This document shows, piece by piece, positions 18,244-28,625 of a stretch of DNA of 64,000 nt. Below the pieces are notes generated by a model. It was not told where the DNA came from. It ran no database searches and saw only the letters and a program-made list of their open reading frames with translations. Position 1 is the stretch's first letter. Each line of letters begins with the position of its first letter. Location of the stretch: contig JBIKVS010000004.1 of the NCBI GenBank assembly GCA_044356725.1, positions 28,494 through 92,493 on the forward strand, read 5' to 3'. Source of the stretch: Minisyncoccia bacterium (GTDB taxonomy: Bacteria; Patescibacteriota; Minisyncoccia; SW-4-49-11). The translations under genes and the position numbers were made by a program.

Positions 18244-18972
18244 TTACATTTGATTATAAAGTCTCAGGATGGTATTAGTATCATCATAAGCGACTAATTC
18301 ACCTTTATGTAGCAAAATACATTTATTACAATGTTGTTGAATCTCATCCATATTATGGCTAACAATAATAGCGGTTTTACCCATTTGTTTTAATCTTTGG
18401 AGGCGATTATTAACTTTGGCTTGAAAATTAGCATCAGTAGTAGCTGGAATTTCATCAAACAGATAAATATCAGCATTAATATTGAGAATTAAACCTAAAA
18501 TTAACCTAGTTTTCATCCCAGTAGATAAAAATTTTATCTTTTGAGAGGTAAAGTCATGTAATTCTGAAAAATTAATAATATTCTGATAAATTTTATTAAT
18601 ATCCTCTCTTGGCAATCCAACCTGCAAAGCTTTCACTAGAACAGCATCCTCAGCTCTACCTTCAGGATGCAGCATTTCATCAGGCCCAAAGAAGGGTAAA
18701 ACCGAACCCTCCACTGTTACCTGTCCTTGGTCAGGAGTATGAATACCAGCTAATAACTTCAAAAAAGTGCTCTTCCCACTACCATTTTTACCAATAATAC
18801 CAATCCACTCACCCTGATTTATATCCAAAGTAATATCTTTTAATACAGGATTAGCTGTGGTTTTAAAAGATTGAAAACCGTCCATTTGACCTCCAGAACG
18901 ACTATTATTCTTACTCTGTAAGTTAAAATATTTAGAAACACTATCTATCTGAATTAATTTTTTTGTAGCCAT
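18244..18972 (-). CDS. ABC transporter ATP-binding protein. It resembles ABC-2 polysaccharide/teichoic-acid exporter ATPases and has no adjacent permease.
   Basis: Walker A GKNGSGKSTFLKLLAGI, signature LSTGMKTRL, Walker B IYLFDE. Confidence 0.8.
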   Translation of the reverse strand: MATKKLIQIDSVSKYFNLQSKNNSRSGGQMDGFQSFKTTANPVLKDITLDINQGEWIGIIGKNGSGKSTFLKLLAGIHTPDQGQVTVEGSVLPFFGPDEMLHPEGRAEDAVLVKALQVGLPREDINKIYQNIINFSELHDFTSQKIKFLSTGMKTRLILGLILNINADIYLFDEIPATTDANFQAKVNNRLQRLKQMGKTAIIVSHNMDEIQQHCNKCILLHKGELVAYDDTNTILRLYNQM

Positions 18973-19133
18973 ATTTAATAATTGTATACAATATTGTATT
19001 TATTATAAAGAATTTAGATAAAAAAAGCAAGGAAAAGAAAAAATACTTCAACATATTTGAAGATCTAATTAATATCTTTTTAATAATATGAGTGGAAAAA
19101 AGGGGAGGATTTATAGTAGACTTGAATTAGGTG

Positions 19134-20090
19134 TTATCTGAATATATCTCTAAAGAAATCTTTAAGAGGATTTGTAATTACTGTTTCACCAGGAGCTCCA
19201 ATTGCTCGGTTAATATCACTATGATTATACTTACTTCCATCTACTACCGAAACATCCACATTCACAGAACGTAGTTTATCTATGAAGGCCAATGTATTAG
19301 CTGTTTTAGTAGTGGTCCCACGTTTTGCTATAAAAAACTTTGGGTAAGAAGTCCCTGGAAACAGATTATTAATTGGTGATGCTTCAAATAATACTGCTGG
19401 ATCAGTTCCAAATGCATTTTTATATAAATCCAACTCAGCTTCTTCCACTCTTTGTGAAATGTCATATCCTTCTGTATCAATAGAAGCTACTCCCTTTATA
19501 GCGTCGAGTGGAATATCTCTTTGAGGTAAAAATTGCTTACTTGTACCGGACAAACTAACTAAGTGGCCTCCAGCACTATGTCCTAGTAAAGCAATTTTTT
19601 TATTATTTCCTCCATAAGTACTAATGTTTTCATACGTCCATTTAATAGCATCAGCTACATCATTATTATGGGTAGGGTACATTACTCGATTTGGATCAGT
19701 ATCCCCTGAATTAGTGCTAAGTCGATAATTAATACTTACAAGTATATACCCCTCTTCAGCAGTAAGATTTAGTTTATTATTTAATCCATTAGACTTGTCG
19801 CCAGCTCTCCAGCCACCTCCATGTACCCAAATAACTACAGGTGATTTTTTGGCTACATTATTAAAATGGTATATATCTAAACTTAATAAGTTTGGATCAA
19901 CATTTTCTATAGTTTTATATTCTCGTGTCACCTTTTTGTAAATATCAGGAACTGTAGTGATATAAGTTGGGATAACAATATTTTTTGAATTTACAAGAAA
20001 AAATATAAGAAGGACTATTATTATTGACAATGATATATAATATATATTTCTATTTTTTTTTGCATACTTTGCATACATAATTACATACAT
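19134..20090 (-). CDS. Alpha/beta-hydrolase-fold esterase/lipase with an N-terminal membrane anchor.
   Basis: Oxyanion-hole motif VIWVHGGGW and nucleophile elbow GHSAGGH; N-terminal hydrophobic helix. Confidence 0.75.
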   Translation of the reverse strand: MYVIMYAKYAKKNRNIYYISLSIIIVLLIFFLVNSKNIVIPTYITTVPDIYKKVTREYKTIENVDPNLLSLDIYHFNNVAKKSPVVIWVHGGGWRAGDKSNGLNNKLNLTAEEGYILVSINYRLSTNSGDTDPNRVMYPTHNNDVADAIKWTYENISTYGGNNKKIALLGHSAGGHLVSLSGTSKQFLPQRDIPLDAIKGVASIDTEGYDISQRVEEAELDLYKNAFGTDPAVLFEASPINNLFPGTSYPKFFIAKRGTTTKTANTLAFIDKLRSVNVDVSVVDGSKYNHSDINRAIGAPGETVITNPLKDFFRDIFR

Positions 20091-20107
20091 TATTCATATA
20101 ACAGTTG

Positions 20108-20189
20108 TGCCGAGGAGAGGACTCGAACCTCCACATCATAAGATACATGCTCCTAAGGCATGCGTGTCTACCAATTCCACCACCTCGGC
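20108..20189 (-). tRNA. tRNA-Leu (anticodon TAG), class II with a long variable arm.
   Basis: The reverse complement folds as acceptor gccgagg/cctcggc, anticodon stem catgc/gcatg with loop cTTAGga, T-loop ttcgagt, and discriminator A. Confidence 0.8.
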
Positions 20190-20333
20190 TTATGTTATAC
20201 ATTGTACTATATATTGACATTTTGTCAATTATGTGCTATAATTTTTCCCATCTCTCAAATATAAGACCTATTTTATATTTGTCTACACTGTTTTTGGCTG
20301 AATTTTGGGAGAGGTTATCAGTTGTCCTAGTTA

Positions 20334-20894
20334 ATGGATATATTATATATAATTTTGGCTGCAGTTATTGGAATTACGGGAGTTCTTCCAAGCAATACTC
20401 AGCCCGCGGTTGCAAGTTCATTTGATTTAGAAGTGACCAACTCAGTTATCAATGGAGTTAATCCCGTTGAAACTATCATAACCCCTAAACCTGAGCCTGA
20501 AAAACCTAAACAAGCTCAAGTTAAACAAGCTACAGTACAAACCAAAACTTCTTTCTATGCTTCAGTAGAAGCCGAATTAAGCAATATTCCAGCACAAGGT
20601 TCTTGTTTTGATTACGTGCCTGAGATGGCCGCTAAATATGGAGTAGATGCTGACTTGATGACTAGAATTATCAAGGCTGAATCTGGAGGAAATCCTCTTG
20701 CTAAGAATAAAAACTCTACCGCCTCTGGTTGTGGACAGTTTATTCGAGGTACTTGGGCAGGAACATTGAGACAAATGGGTAGAGAATGGGTAACTCCGTT
20801 CGATGCCAAAACCAATGTCGAGGCTATGGCTTTCAAAATCTCTCGTGGAGGTATTGGAGCTTGGAATGCCAGTAAATCTAAGTGGTCTAAATAA
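20334..20894 (+). CDS. Secreted or membrane-anchored protein with a transglycosylase-like (Rpf/SLT-like) domain.
   Basis: N-terminal hydrophobic segment. C-terminal motif AESGGNPLAKN…SGCGQFIRGTWAG resembles transglycosylase-like domains. Confidence 0.5.
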   Translation: MDILYIILAAVIGITGVLPSNTQPAVASSFDLEVTNSVINGVNPVETIITPKPEPEKPKQAQVKQATVQTKTSFYASVEAELSNIPAQGSCFDYVPEMAAKYGVDADLMTRIIKAESGGNPLAKNKNSTASGCGQFIRGTWAGTLRQMGREWVTPFDAKTNVEAMAFKISRGGIGAWNASKSKWSK

Positions 20895-20959
20895 TACTGT
20901 TTATTAGCCACTACCAAAAGCCCTCTTTAATCGGAGAGCTTTTTGGTTTATAGGGAGAT

Positions 20960-21135
20960 TTTCTTTGTAGGGGCGAACTTATTAGTCGCCTGTATTTTAT
21001 CTAAATTCTAGCAAGCGACTGAGAGGTCACCCCCTCCTAATATCTCTTTTCAAGAGCTAATAGGAGGGACAAAAACCCTACGAATTAAAAATTCACAATT
21101 CATAATTCACCATTCACAATTTATAATTTTACTTA
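20960..21135. repeat. Intergenic cluster of family A ('gtaggggcga…gtcgcctg'), family E ('ccctcctaatatctcttttcaagagctaataggaggga') and family B ('ttgtgaatggtgaattatgaat', reverse complement) repeat modules.
   Basis: Matches copies at 298-326, 4014-4053, 51034-51095 and elsewhere. Confidence 0.75.
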
Positions 21136-21204
21136 CCTCCTCTTGCAATATAATTCAAATTATGTTATATTTATATCAACTACTAAGATAATATATTTTA
21201 AGTT

Positions 21205-21471
21205 ATGTTAAACTCAGACTCAAAAGGGCAGATTATTAGCAAATTCCAAACACATGAAACTGATAATGGATCAGCTCCAGTTCAGATTGCTTTGATTACA
21301 GAAAGAATCCTTTATTTAACAGAACATTTGAAGACAAATCGTAAAGATTTTCATTCTAGAAAAGGTTTGATCCAACTAGTTTCTCAAAGAAAAAAACTTT
21401 TAGCTTATCTTAAAAAAACAGACTTAAGTTTATTTGAAAAAACCGTCAAAGAGCTTGGGCTTAGAGCATAG
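21205..21471 (+). CDS. rpsO: 30S ribosomal protein S15.
   Basis: 88 aa; HETDNGSAPVQIALITERILYLTEHLKTNRKDFHSRKGL is S15-like. It is followed by pnp, the conserved arrangement. Confidence 0.9.
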   Translation: MLNSDSKGQIISKFQTHETDNGSAPVQIALITERILYLTEHLKTNRKDFHSRKGLIQLVSQRKKLLAYLKKTDLSLFEKTVKELGLRA

Positions 21472-21486
21472 ACTCACCCTAATTAT

Positions 21487-23547
21487 ATGAACTTCAAAAC
21501 ATATCAAACACAAATAGCAGGACAAAACCTAATAGTAGAAATTGGTAAATTAGCAAAACAGGCTAATGGCTCAGTTATGGTTTCTTTGGGTGAGACCACA
21601 GTTTTGGTCACCGCTGTAATGTCCAGCAAGCCAGTGAGTTCTAATTATTTACCACTATTTGTAGATTATCAAGAGAAGTTTTATGCTAATGGTAAAATCA
21701 AGGGCAGCCGTTTTGTAAAAAGAGAGGGTAAACCTAGCGATGACTCTATCTTGACTGGTAGATTGGTAGATAGAGCAATACGTCCATTTTTTGACCAATC
21801 TCTTCGCAATGAAATACAGGTAGTGGTGACAACTCTTTCTATGGATGATAGTAATGATCCTGATGCAGTAGCTTTGTTTGGAGCTTCGTTGGCACTGTCT
21901 ATCTCAGATATTCCTTGGAATGGTCCGGTAGCTGCTTTAAGAGTAGCAATGGCAGGTGGTCAAATTATCGTCAATCCTTCCTTTGAACAAAGAGAGGCTG
22001 GAGATTTTGATACGATTATAACCTTAAATTCAGATAACAGATTGGTAATGATGGAGTTTGGGGGGCGTCAGATTCCAGAAAGTACTATTTTAGATGCGTT
22101 TACTCAAGTTGCTCCTGAAATCAATAAGATGATTCAATTTCAAAATAGTATTGTCTTAGAGATAGGAATGGAAAAACAAGATTTAATAAAATCTGAGTCT
22201 AATATAGAAATCGTTGAAGGGATTAAAAATATTATCCAGGGTAGATTGGATTCTGCAATATACGGCGATTCTATTTCGACCAAACAAGCACATCATCAAT
22301 TATTGACCGAATTAAATCAATCATATCCAGAGTATAGAGATTTAGTAGAACATACTCTAGACAAAGAATTAAACAGAGTTTTTAAAGAAAAACTATTAGA
22401 GCAAGAGTTAAGACCAGATGGTAGGGCATTAAATCAAATTCGTGAATTAAGTTCAGAAATAGATATTTTACCTAGGGTTCATGGTACAGGGTTATTTAAT
22501 AGAGGTGCTACTCAGACTTTATCGGTGTTGACTTTAGGTTCTCCCGGAGAAGCTCAAATTATAGATGAGATGAAAGATGAAATCAAAAAAAGATTTATGC
22601 ATCATTATAATTTTCCTCCTTTCTCAGTGGGTGAAGTTGGGCAATTAAGGGGTCCAGGAAGAAGAGAAATAGGGCATGGAGCTTTGGCTGAGAAAGCTTT
22701 AGAAGGAGTCTTGCCACCTGTGGAAGATTTTCCATATACAATTAGAATTGTCACAGAAGTCTTAGGGTCTAATGGGTCATCTTCTATGGCCAGTGTTTGT
22801 TCATCAACCTTAGCATTGTTAGCAGCAGGAGTTCCTATAATGGCACCAGTAGCTGGAATCGCTATGGGGATAGTAGAACAAGATGGTAAATATAAAATCT
22901 TAACAGATATTCAGGGATTAGAAGATCACTTTGGTGAGATGGACTTCAAGGTGGCTGGTACACATAATGGTGTCAACGCAATCCAGATGGATATCAAAGG
23001 ACAAGGAATGTCAAAAGAAATGTTTGTTGAAGCTCTAGAAGCTGCTAAAAAAGCTAGATTTACTATTCTTGACAATCTATCTCAAACTATATCAGAAGTT
23101 AGAACAGAAGTTTCTCAATATGCTCCTAAGATTGATACATTTACAATTAACCCTACTAAAATTAGAGATGTAATTGGAGCGGGGGGTAAGACAATTAATG
23201 CTATAATAGAAGCAACAGGAGTAAAAATAGATATAGAAGATGATGGAAAAGTCTTTATAACAGGAGAAGATTTATCTAAAGTAATTCAAGCTAAGGATAA
23301 GATTTTAGATTTAGTATATGTGCCTAAAGAAGGAGATGTATTCGATGGTAAAGTAGTTAAAATAATGCCTTTTGGAGCTTTTGTAAATATCAAAAATGGA
23401 ATAGATGGACTTATTCACATTTCTGAACTTTCAGATAAGCATATCAAAATGGTAGAAGATGTGATACAATTAAATCAAAGCATTAGGGTGAAAATCAAAA
23501 AAGTAGATTCAGACGGTAGAATAAGTCTGACACCCTACCTTGAATAA
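21487..23547 (+). CDS. pnp: Polynucleotide phosphorylase (PNPase).
   Basis: Two RNase PH domains, then a KH domain (GKTINAI) and an S1 domain; 686 aa. Confidence 0.95.
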   Translation: MNFKTYQTQIAGQNLIVEIGKLAKQANGSVMVSLGETTVLVTAVMSSKPVSSNYLPLFVDYQEKFYANGKIKGSRFVKREGKPSDDSILTGRLVDRAIRPFFDQSLRNEIQVVVTTLSMDDSNDPDAVALFGASLALSISDIPWNGPVAALRVAMAGGQIIVNPSFEQREAGDFDTIITLNSDNRLVMMEFGGRQIPESTILDAFTQVAPEINKMIQFQNSIVLEIGMEKQDLIKSESNIEIVEGIKNIIQGRLDSAIYGDSISTKQAHHQLLTELNQSYPEYRDLVEHTLDKELNRVFKEKLLEQELRPDGRALNQIRELSSEIDILPRVHGTGLFNRGATQTLSVLTLGSPGEAQIIDEMKDEIKKRFMHHYNFPPFSVGEVGQLRGPGRREIGHGALAEKALEGVLPPVEDFPYTIRIVTEVLGSNGSSSMASVCSSTLALLAAGVPIMAPVAGIAMGIVEQDGKYKILTDIQGLEDHFGEMDFKVAGTHNGVNAIQMDIKGQGMSKEMFVEALEAAKKARFTILDNLSQTISEVRTEVSQYAPKIDTFTINPTKIRDVIGAGGKTINAIIEATGVKIDIEDDGKVFITGEDLSKVIQAKDKILDLVYVPKEGDVFDGKVVKIMPFGAFVNIKNGIDGLIHISELSDKHIKMVEDVIQLNQSIRVKIKKVDSDGRISLTPYLE

Positions 23548-23574
23548 TTATTAAATATATAAATTATAAAAACT

Positions 23575-24930
23575 ATGGCAGATCAAAATCAAAATCCACA
23601 AACTCAAATTCCAGGAACTCTAAGAACACTCAAAACCGACTTGGAATTAAATAAGTTGAATCCTCAAGACAGATTACAGCAAGCTGGTAATTTTGTGCAA
23701 GCAAGACCAGAAATTAGTAATAATTTAGGTGCTTTAAATACATCAGATGCTCCTCTTAGTGATATAAATACACCCCCAAACACTCCTGCACAAGAACCTA
23801 AAGCAGAAAATCAAAAGAAGGACATTCCAGCAGTTAAGCCTGAAACGAATCCACAGCCTAATTATACATGGAGCAATATGAGTGCTCCTTCAAGTCCATC
23901 ACCAGCTTTTAATTCTAATAATGTCAGCACTAAACCTAATACTCAAAATCAGCAAGCTCAACCTATGGCAGAATCTAAATCTGGATTCTCAGTTTTAGAT
24001 GATAGTATAGATTTACCTTTAGATAGTAATTCATCAACAAAGTCTCAAGCTCCAAATCCAATTAATTTTGATACAACACCTAAAACACCTGCAACAACGC
24101 CAAATATAGATGCTAATAATCAAAACAATCAATTTGATATCAACAGTCTTAATTTACAAGATGACGTAAAAGATGTTAATTCTAAAAAATCATCAGCTAA
24201 GGGATTATCCCCACTCTTAATAGTAATTTTATTATTAGGATTAATCGGAGGAGGAGTATATTTTTATTTTAATATTTATTCTAATGATGTTGTTACAGAT
24301 GTAGCTACCGATATGGATACGAATACTGATAACACTAATCCAACAAATGAGCCAACAGAAACAGATAATACAACACCAATTGCAACCTTTAACTCACCTT
24401 TAATTCCAAATTCCACCTTAGACATAGCTTTTGTTGACTCAGAGCCGATTCGTAGAACTATTACAACAGCAATAGCAGATAAATCGGATACTTTAATAGA
24501 ATTAAACCTAATAAAAGATAATAGTCCTGTAAGTCTAATAGATATTGCTGATATAATGGGGATAACTATTCCATCAATTGGAACAATAGAAAACTATAAA
24601 TTTTATGCCTATAATCAACAAGGAGTTTATAAATTAGTAGCAGTACTGGGATTAGTTGAAGATCAAGAGGCTAAGACCTTTGTAGAAAATTGGTCTAGTG
24701 CCATTCCTCGTGATTTAGCAGGATTTTCAATTAACCTTCCTTCTAGAATAGTAAACTCTCCTGAAATTAAAAAATCTACTATTACTAATAATTCTGGCAA
24801 AGTCTTTGATAATTATTATTACAATTATACTTCATCTACAGACTCAATAGATGTGTCAAGTTATGAAAACTTTGTTTTAATAGCCTCTTCTCAAGATTCA
24901 ATGAAATATGTCTTAGAACAAATTCGATAA
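23575..24930 (+). CDS. Hypothetical low-complexity (N/T/Q/P-rich) protein with a single TM helix.
   Basis: ORF starting 28 bp after pnp. Central hydrophobic segment LSPLLIVILLLGLIGGGVYFYF. No family recognised. Confidence 0.45.
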   Translation: MADQNQNPQTQIPGTLRTLKTDLELNKLNPQDRLQQAGNFVQARPEISNNLGALNTSDAPLSDINTPPNTPAQEPKAENQKKDIPAVKPETNPQPNYTWSNMSAPSSPSPAFNSNNVSTKPNTQNQQAQPMAESKSGFSVLDDSIDLPLDSNSSTKSQAPNPINFDTTPKTPATTPNIDANNQNNQFDINSLNLQDDVKDVNSKKSSAKGLSPLLIVILLLGLIGGGVYFYFNIYSNDVVTDVATDMDTNTDNTNPTNEPTETDNTTPIATFNSPLIPNSTLDIAFVDSEPIRRTITTAIADKSDTLIELNLIKDNSPVSLIDIADIMGITIPSIGTIENYKFYAYNQQGVYKLVAVLGLVEDQEAKTFVENWSSAIPRDLAGFSINLPSRIVNSPEIKKSTITNNSGKVFDNYYYNYTSSTDSIDVSSYENFVLIASSQDSMKYVLEQIR

Positions 24931-25438
24931 ATTGTGGATAACTTCTCTAGTATACATGTCCTTACTTTGATAAAATATAAGAGTAAGGACATCAGAGTAA
25001 TCATACAATCACAAGTATAAAATTTTAATAAAGATATAAAAATACTTGTGGTTGAATTCTTGCTCTAATCTTTACAATCATAAACATAAACTCAAACTAA
25101 TAATCGTTTAAGTAAAATATAAACAAAGTAATATTCATCAAAATTGCACCTTTGGTAAAAATAAAAAGGCGTCAGCCAAAGATTAGATGAGGATATCTAC
25201 TTTCTGGCAATCTCGAAATATATAAAGAGTTTGTCAGAAATAGAGCAAAATAAAGTACTCTTACCCCCCTTTACACTAACAGAGTCAAGAAGGAGAAGGA
25301 AGGGTATTTTATTTTTATATTCACCAATATATAGGTATACAGTTTGCAGTAAAATGATTTGAGATAAATAGGTATTGACAAAATTAGTAGTATATAATAT
25401 AATTAGGTTTATATTATGTATATAGAGTTGTATAATTT

Positions 25439-25672
25439 ATGCCCGAAAGTCAAGATTTGAACTCAAAGAACCTCCTCATTCAAGAAGGTGTAGTCAGTGA
25501 AGTCTTGCCAAACACAACCTTCCGTGTTATATTAGAGAATAATTCAGAGGTTTTAGCTCATCTCTCTGGTAAAATGCGTATGCATTATATCAAAGTTTTG
25601 CCGGGAGATAAAGTTACGGTTGAGTTAAGTGCTTATAATTTGACACAGGGTAGAATTACTAGGAGAAATTAA
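25439..25672 (+). CDS. infA: Translation initiation factor IF-1.
   Basis: [61 protein letters not shown]. Confidence 0.9.
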   Translation: MPESQDLNSKNLLIQEGVVSEVLPNTTFRVILENNSEVLAHLSGKMRMHYIKVLPGDKVTVELSAYNLTQGRITRRN

Positions 25673-25680
25673 GATACTAT

Positions 25681-25797
25681 ATGAAAGTTCAAGCTTCAGT
25701 TAAGAAAAGATGTATTAAGTGTAAGGTTATTAAGCGAAAGCGAGTAATTCGTGTTATTTGTGAAGCTAATCCGCGTCACAAGCAAAGACAAGGATAA
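25681..25797 (+). CDS. rpmJ: 50S ribosomal protein L36.
   Basis: 38-aa [41 protein letters not shown], found by hand because it is below the ORF-track length cutoff. It lies between infA and rpsM, as is conserved. Confidence 0.9.
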   Translation: MKVQASVKKRCIKCKVIKRKRVIRVICEANPRHKQRQG

Positions 25798-25815
25798 TAT
25801 AAGATATATTAAATT

Positions 25816-26199
25816 ATGGTAAGAATTGCAGGAGTTGTCATCCCAGATTATAAAAATGTTGAAATAGCTTTAACTTATATTTATGGTGTTGGTCTTACTC
25901 GTTCTAAAAAAGTATTAGCTATTACAGGAATTGATCCTTATAAAAAGGCAAAAGAGCTAGATGAAAAAGAAATAGCTTTACTAAAAGAATGTATTGAGAA
26001 AAATTATAAAATTGAAGGAGATCTTAGAAGAGAGGTTGCTAATAATATCAAGAGATTAAAAGATATTAATTCATATCGTGGAAGTCGTCACTCCAAAAAA
26101 CTACCTATAAAGGGTAGAACTAAAACTAACTCTAGAACTATTAGAGGTAATGTGGTCCGAACTATGGGAAGTGGACGACGAAAAGTTGAGAAGACATAA
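25816..26199 (+). CDS. rpsM: 30S ribosomal protein S13.
   Basis: MVRIAGVVIPDYKNVEIALTYIYGVGLTRSKKVL. Confidence 0.95.
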   Translation: MVRIAGVVIPDYKNVEIALTYIYGVGLTRSKKVLAITGIDPYKKAKELDEKEIALLKECIEKNYKIEGDLRREVANNIKRLKDINSYRGSRHSKKLPIKGRTKTNSRTIRGNVVRTMGSGRRKVEKT

Positions 26200-26226
26200 T
26201 CATTAAGTAATTAAGGAAACTTTTAT

Positions 26227-26655
26227 ATGGGAAAGAAGCGTGTAGCACAAAAAGGAGATTCAGTATCTTCATTGAAAATGGGAGTAAAAGAGACTTCTTC
26301 AAAAAAGAAGGTAGTAAGAGGTACTGCTTTTATTGTTTCTACCTACAATAATACTATGGTCTCTTTAGCTGACTTATCTGGAAATATACTAGCTTGGTCA
26401 TCCTCAGGATCTCTTGGGTTTAAAGGAGCTAAAAAAGCTACTCCTTATGCGGCAACTATGGTAGCTAAAACTGTTGTAGAAAAAGTCAAAAAAACTGGTC
26501 TACAAGAGATTAAAGTTATTATTAAGGGTGTTGGTCCAGGTAGAGAAGCTTCAATTAGAGGTTTGGCAGGAGCAGGGCTTAATATTATGTCTATTAAAGA
26601 TTTAACTCCTGTTCCACATAATGGAGTTCGTCCTCGCAAACCAAGAAGAGTATAA
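26227..26655 (+). CDS. rpsK: 30S ribosomal protein S11.
   Basis: AFIVSTYNNTMVSLADLSGNILAWSSSGSLGFKGAKKATPYAA. Confidence 0.95.
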   Translation: MGKKRVAQKGDSVSSLKMGVKETSSKKKVVRGTAFIVSTYNNTMVSLADLSGNILAWSSSGSLGFKGAKKATPYAATMVAKTVVEKVKKTGLQEIKVIIKGVGPGREASIRGLAGAGLNIMSIKDLTPVPHNGVRPRKPRRV

Positions 26656-26672
26656 TAGATTTATAAGAGTAT

Positions 26673-27272
26673 ATGTATAGTCGTAAGAAAGTTAAAATTT
26701 GTAGAAAATTTGGAGAGAGAATCTTTTCAGAGGTTAAAATTACTGATGAAAAGTTAGCGAAGGCTCCTGGAGTTCATGGAGCAAAGAGACGTCGTTCAGC
26801 TTCTGAATTTGGTAAGCAACTTCAAGAAAAGCAAAAAGTTAAGTATGTATATGGTCTTCGTGAGAAACAATTCCGACGATTTTATGAAAAAGCTTTGGCT
26901 GATGCTGAGCCAACCCCAACAGCTTTATTGAGAATTCTAGAAACAAGACTAGATAATGTTGTCTATAGAGCTACTATGGCATATACTAGAGAACAAGCTA
27001 GACAAATGATTTCTCATGGACATATTTTAGTTAATGGTAAAAAAGTTACTATTCCTAGCTTTATGGTTAAGCCAGGGGATGTAATTACATATTCAGCTAC
27101 TAAATCTAAATTGGTTGCTGAATACAAAGATAAGTTAAAAGATTCAGACCTTCCTTCTTGGCTAACTTTAGACAAGAAAAATCAAACTGTCGAAGTAGCT
27201 CACACTCCTGGAGTGGAGGAATTGAGTCAAAACTTCAACATTGCTCTAGTGATTCAGTATTATTCCCGATAA
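26673..27272 (+). CDS. rpsD: 30S ribosomal protein S4.
   Basis: N-terminal S4 region; S4 RNA-binding domain RLDNVVYRATMAYTREQARQMISHGHILVNGKKV. Confidence 0.95.
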   Translation: MYSRKKVKICRKFGERIFSEVKITDEKLAKAPGVHGAKRRRSASEFGKQLQEKQKVKYVYGLREKQFRRFYEKALADAEPTPTALLRILETRLDNVVYRATMAYTREQARQMISHGHILVNGKKVTIPSFMVKPGDVITYSATKSKLVAEYKDKLKDSDLPSWLTLDKKNQTVEVAHTPGVEELSQNFNIALVIQYYSR

Positions 27273-27290
27273 TAATAATCAAATACTCTT

Positions 27291-28220
27291 ATGTCTAATT
27301 ATATCATTCTTCCAAAAGCACCTGTACTAGTACAAGAAATTAGTTCTTCTCAAGCTATATATGCTATTGAGCCACTTAACCCAGGATACGGAGTTACTAT
27401 TGCTAATTCTCTAAGAAGAGTTATGTTGTCTTCATTAGAAGGAGTTGCAGTTACTAGATATAGTATTAAGGGAGTAAGTCATGAATTTACTACTATCCCT
27501 AATGTTCTGGAAGATATTCTAGATATTACCCTTAATATTAAGGCTTTAAGATTTGATGCTGTTATAGATTCTCCAACTCTATTAACTCTAAAAGCACAAG
27601 GTTCTAAAGTTGTTACAGGAGCAGACTTAAAATTACCTGGAGGAGTAACTGTAGTGAATCCTGAGACACCTATTCTAACTTTGACTAGCAAAGATGCTAA
27701 AATTGAAATGGAATTAATTATTGAGAAAGGATTTGGATTTAGAAAGGATATAGAGCAAAATTTACAAGGAGAAGTTGGAATTATTGCTGTAGATTCAATT
27801 TTTACTCCAGTGACTAAAGTTTCTTATGATGTAGAAGATACTCGAGTAGGAGATAAGACTAATTATAATAGGGTAGTTTTCAATATTAAAACTGATGGTA
27901 CAATTACTCCATTAGAAGTAATTCAGAAATCTGCTACTATTTTGGTCGAACAATTTAATGCCTTGACTGTGGAAGGAGCTAAAATCGAGGAGGTTAAAGA
28001 AGAAAAACCAGCTCTAGATATTGAAACTTCAAGTATTAAGATTGCAACTCTAGACTTATCTCAGAGAACTATTAAAGCTCTTGAGACTTCTGGAATCAAG
28101 AACATTGCTCAATTAGCACAATTTACACAAGAAGATTTATTAGCTATCAAAGGAGTCTCAACCAGTGCTGTCAAAAAATTGGCAGACCAAATAGCTCAAT
28201 ATGGTATCACTCTTGCATAA
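27291..28220 (+). CDS. rpoA: DNA-directed RNA polymerase subunit alpha.
   Basis: N-terminal dimerisation domain (IEPLNPGYGVTIANSLRRVMLSSLEGVAVT) and the C-terminal helix-hairpin-helix domain (the alpha subunit's DNA/activator-binding CTD); 309 aa. It follows rpsD, as conserved. Confidence 0.95.
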   Translation: MSNYIILPKAPVLVQEISSSQAIYAIEPLNPGYGVTIANSLRRVMLSSLEGVAVTRYSIKGVSHEFTTIPNVLEDILDITLNIKALRFDAVIDSPTLLTLKAQGSKVVTGADLKLPGGVTVVNPETPILTLTSKDAKIEMELIIEKGFGFRKDIEQNLQGEVGIIAVDSIFTPVTKVSYDVEDTRVGDKTNYNRVVFNIKTDGTITPLEVIQKSATILVEQFNALTVEGAKIEEVKEEKPALDIETSSIKIATLDLSQRTIKALETSGIKNIAQLAQFTQEDLLAIKGVSTSAVKKLADQIAQYGITLA

Positions 28221-28268
28221 ATAGCAAAAATAAGGTATAATGCAAAACATTAACAGGATCACACGATT

Positions 28269-28619
28269 ATGAATAAGGGAAATAAGTTACATAAGATTGG
28301 AAGAAATAGAGAGCAAAGAAAAGCGCTTTTGCGAAGTCTTTCTAATGATTTAATTACTCGTGGTTCTATTACCACTACAGAAGCTAAAGCTAAAGCTTTA
28401 AAACCTTTTGTAGAAAGAATGGTGACTCATGCGAAGACAGGTTCTCTATCTTCTAGAAGATATGTGCTTAGATTTTTGACTCAAGGAGCTACTCATAAGT
28501 TGTTTGATGAAATTGCACCTAATTATGCAGATAGAGTAGGTGGATATACTAGAATTATTAAAGCTCCTATTAGACAAAGTGATGTTAGTAAAATGGCTAT
28601 CATTGAATTAGTTAAGTAA
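28269..28619 (+). CDS. rplQ: 50S ribosomal protein L17.
   Basis: RKALLRSLSNDLITRGSITTTEAKAKALKPFVERMVT. Confidence 0.9.
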   Translation: MNKGNKLHKIGRNREQRKALLRSLSNDLITRGSITTTEAKAKALKPFVERMVTHAKTGSLSSRRYVLRFLTQGATHKLFDEIAPNYADRVGGYTRIIKAPIRQSDVSKMAIIELVK

Positions 28620-28625
28620 TATAAT

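Noticed and set aside
20105-20425. A 106-aa plus-strand ORF.
   Set aside because: It runs antisense through the tRNA-Leu(TAG) gene and the promoter region of the downstream gene.
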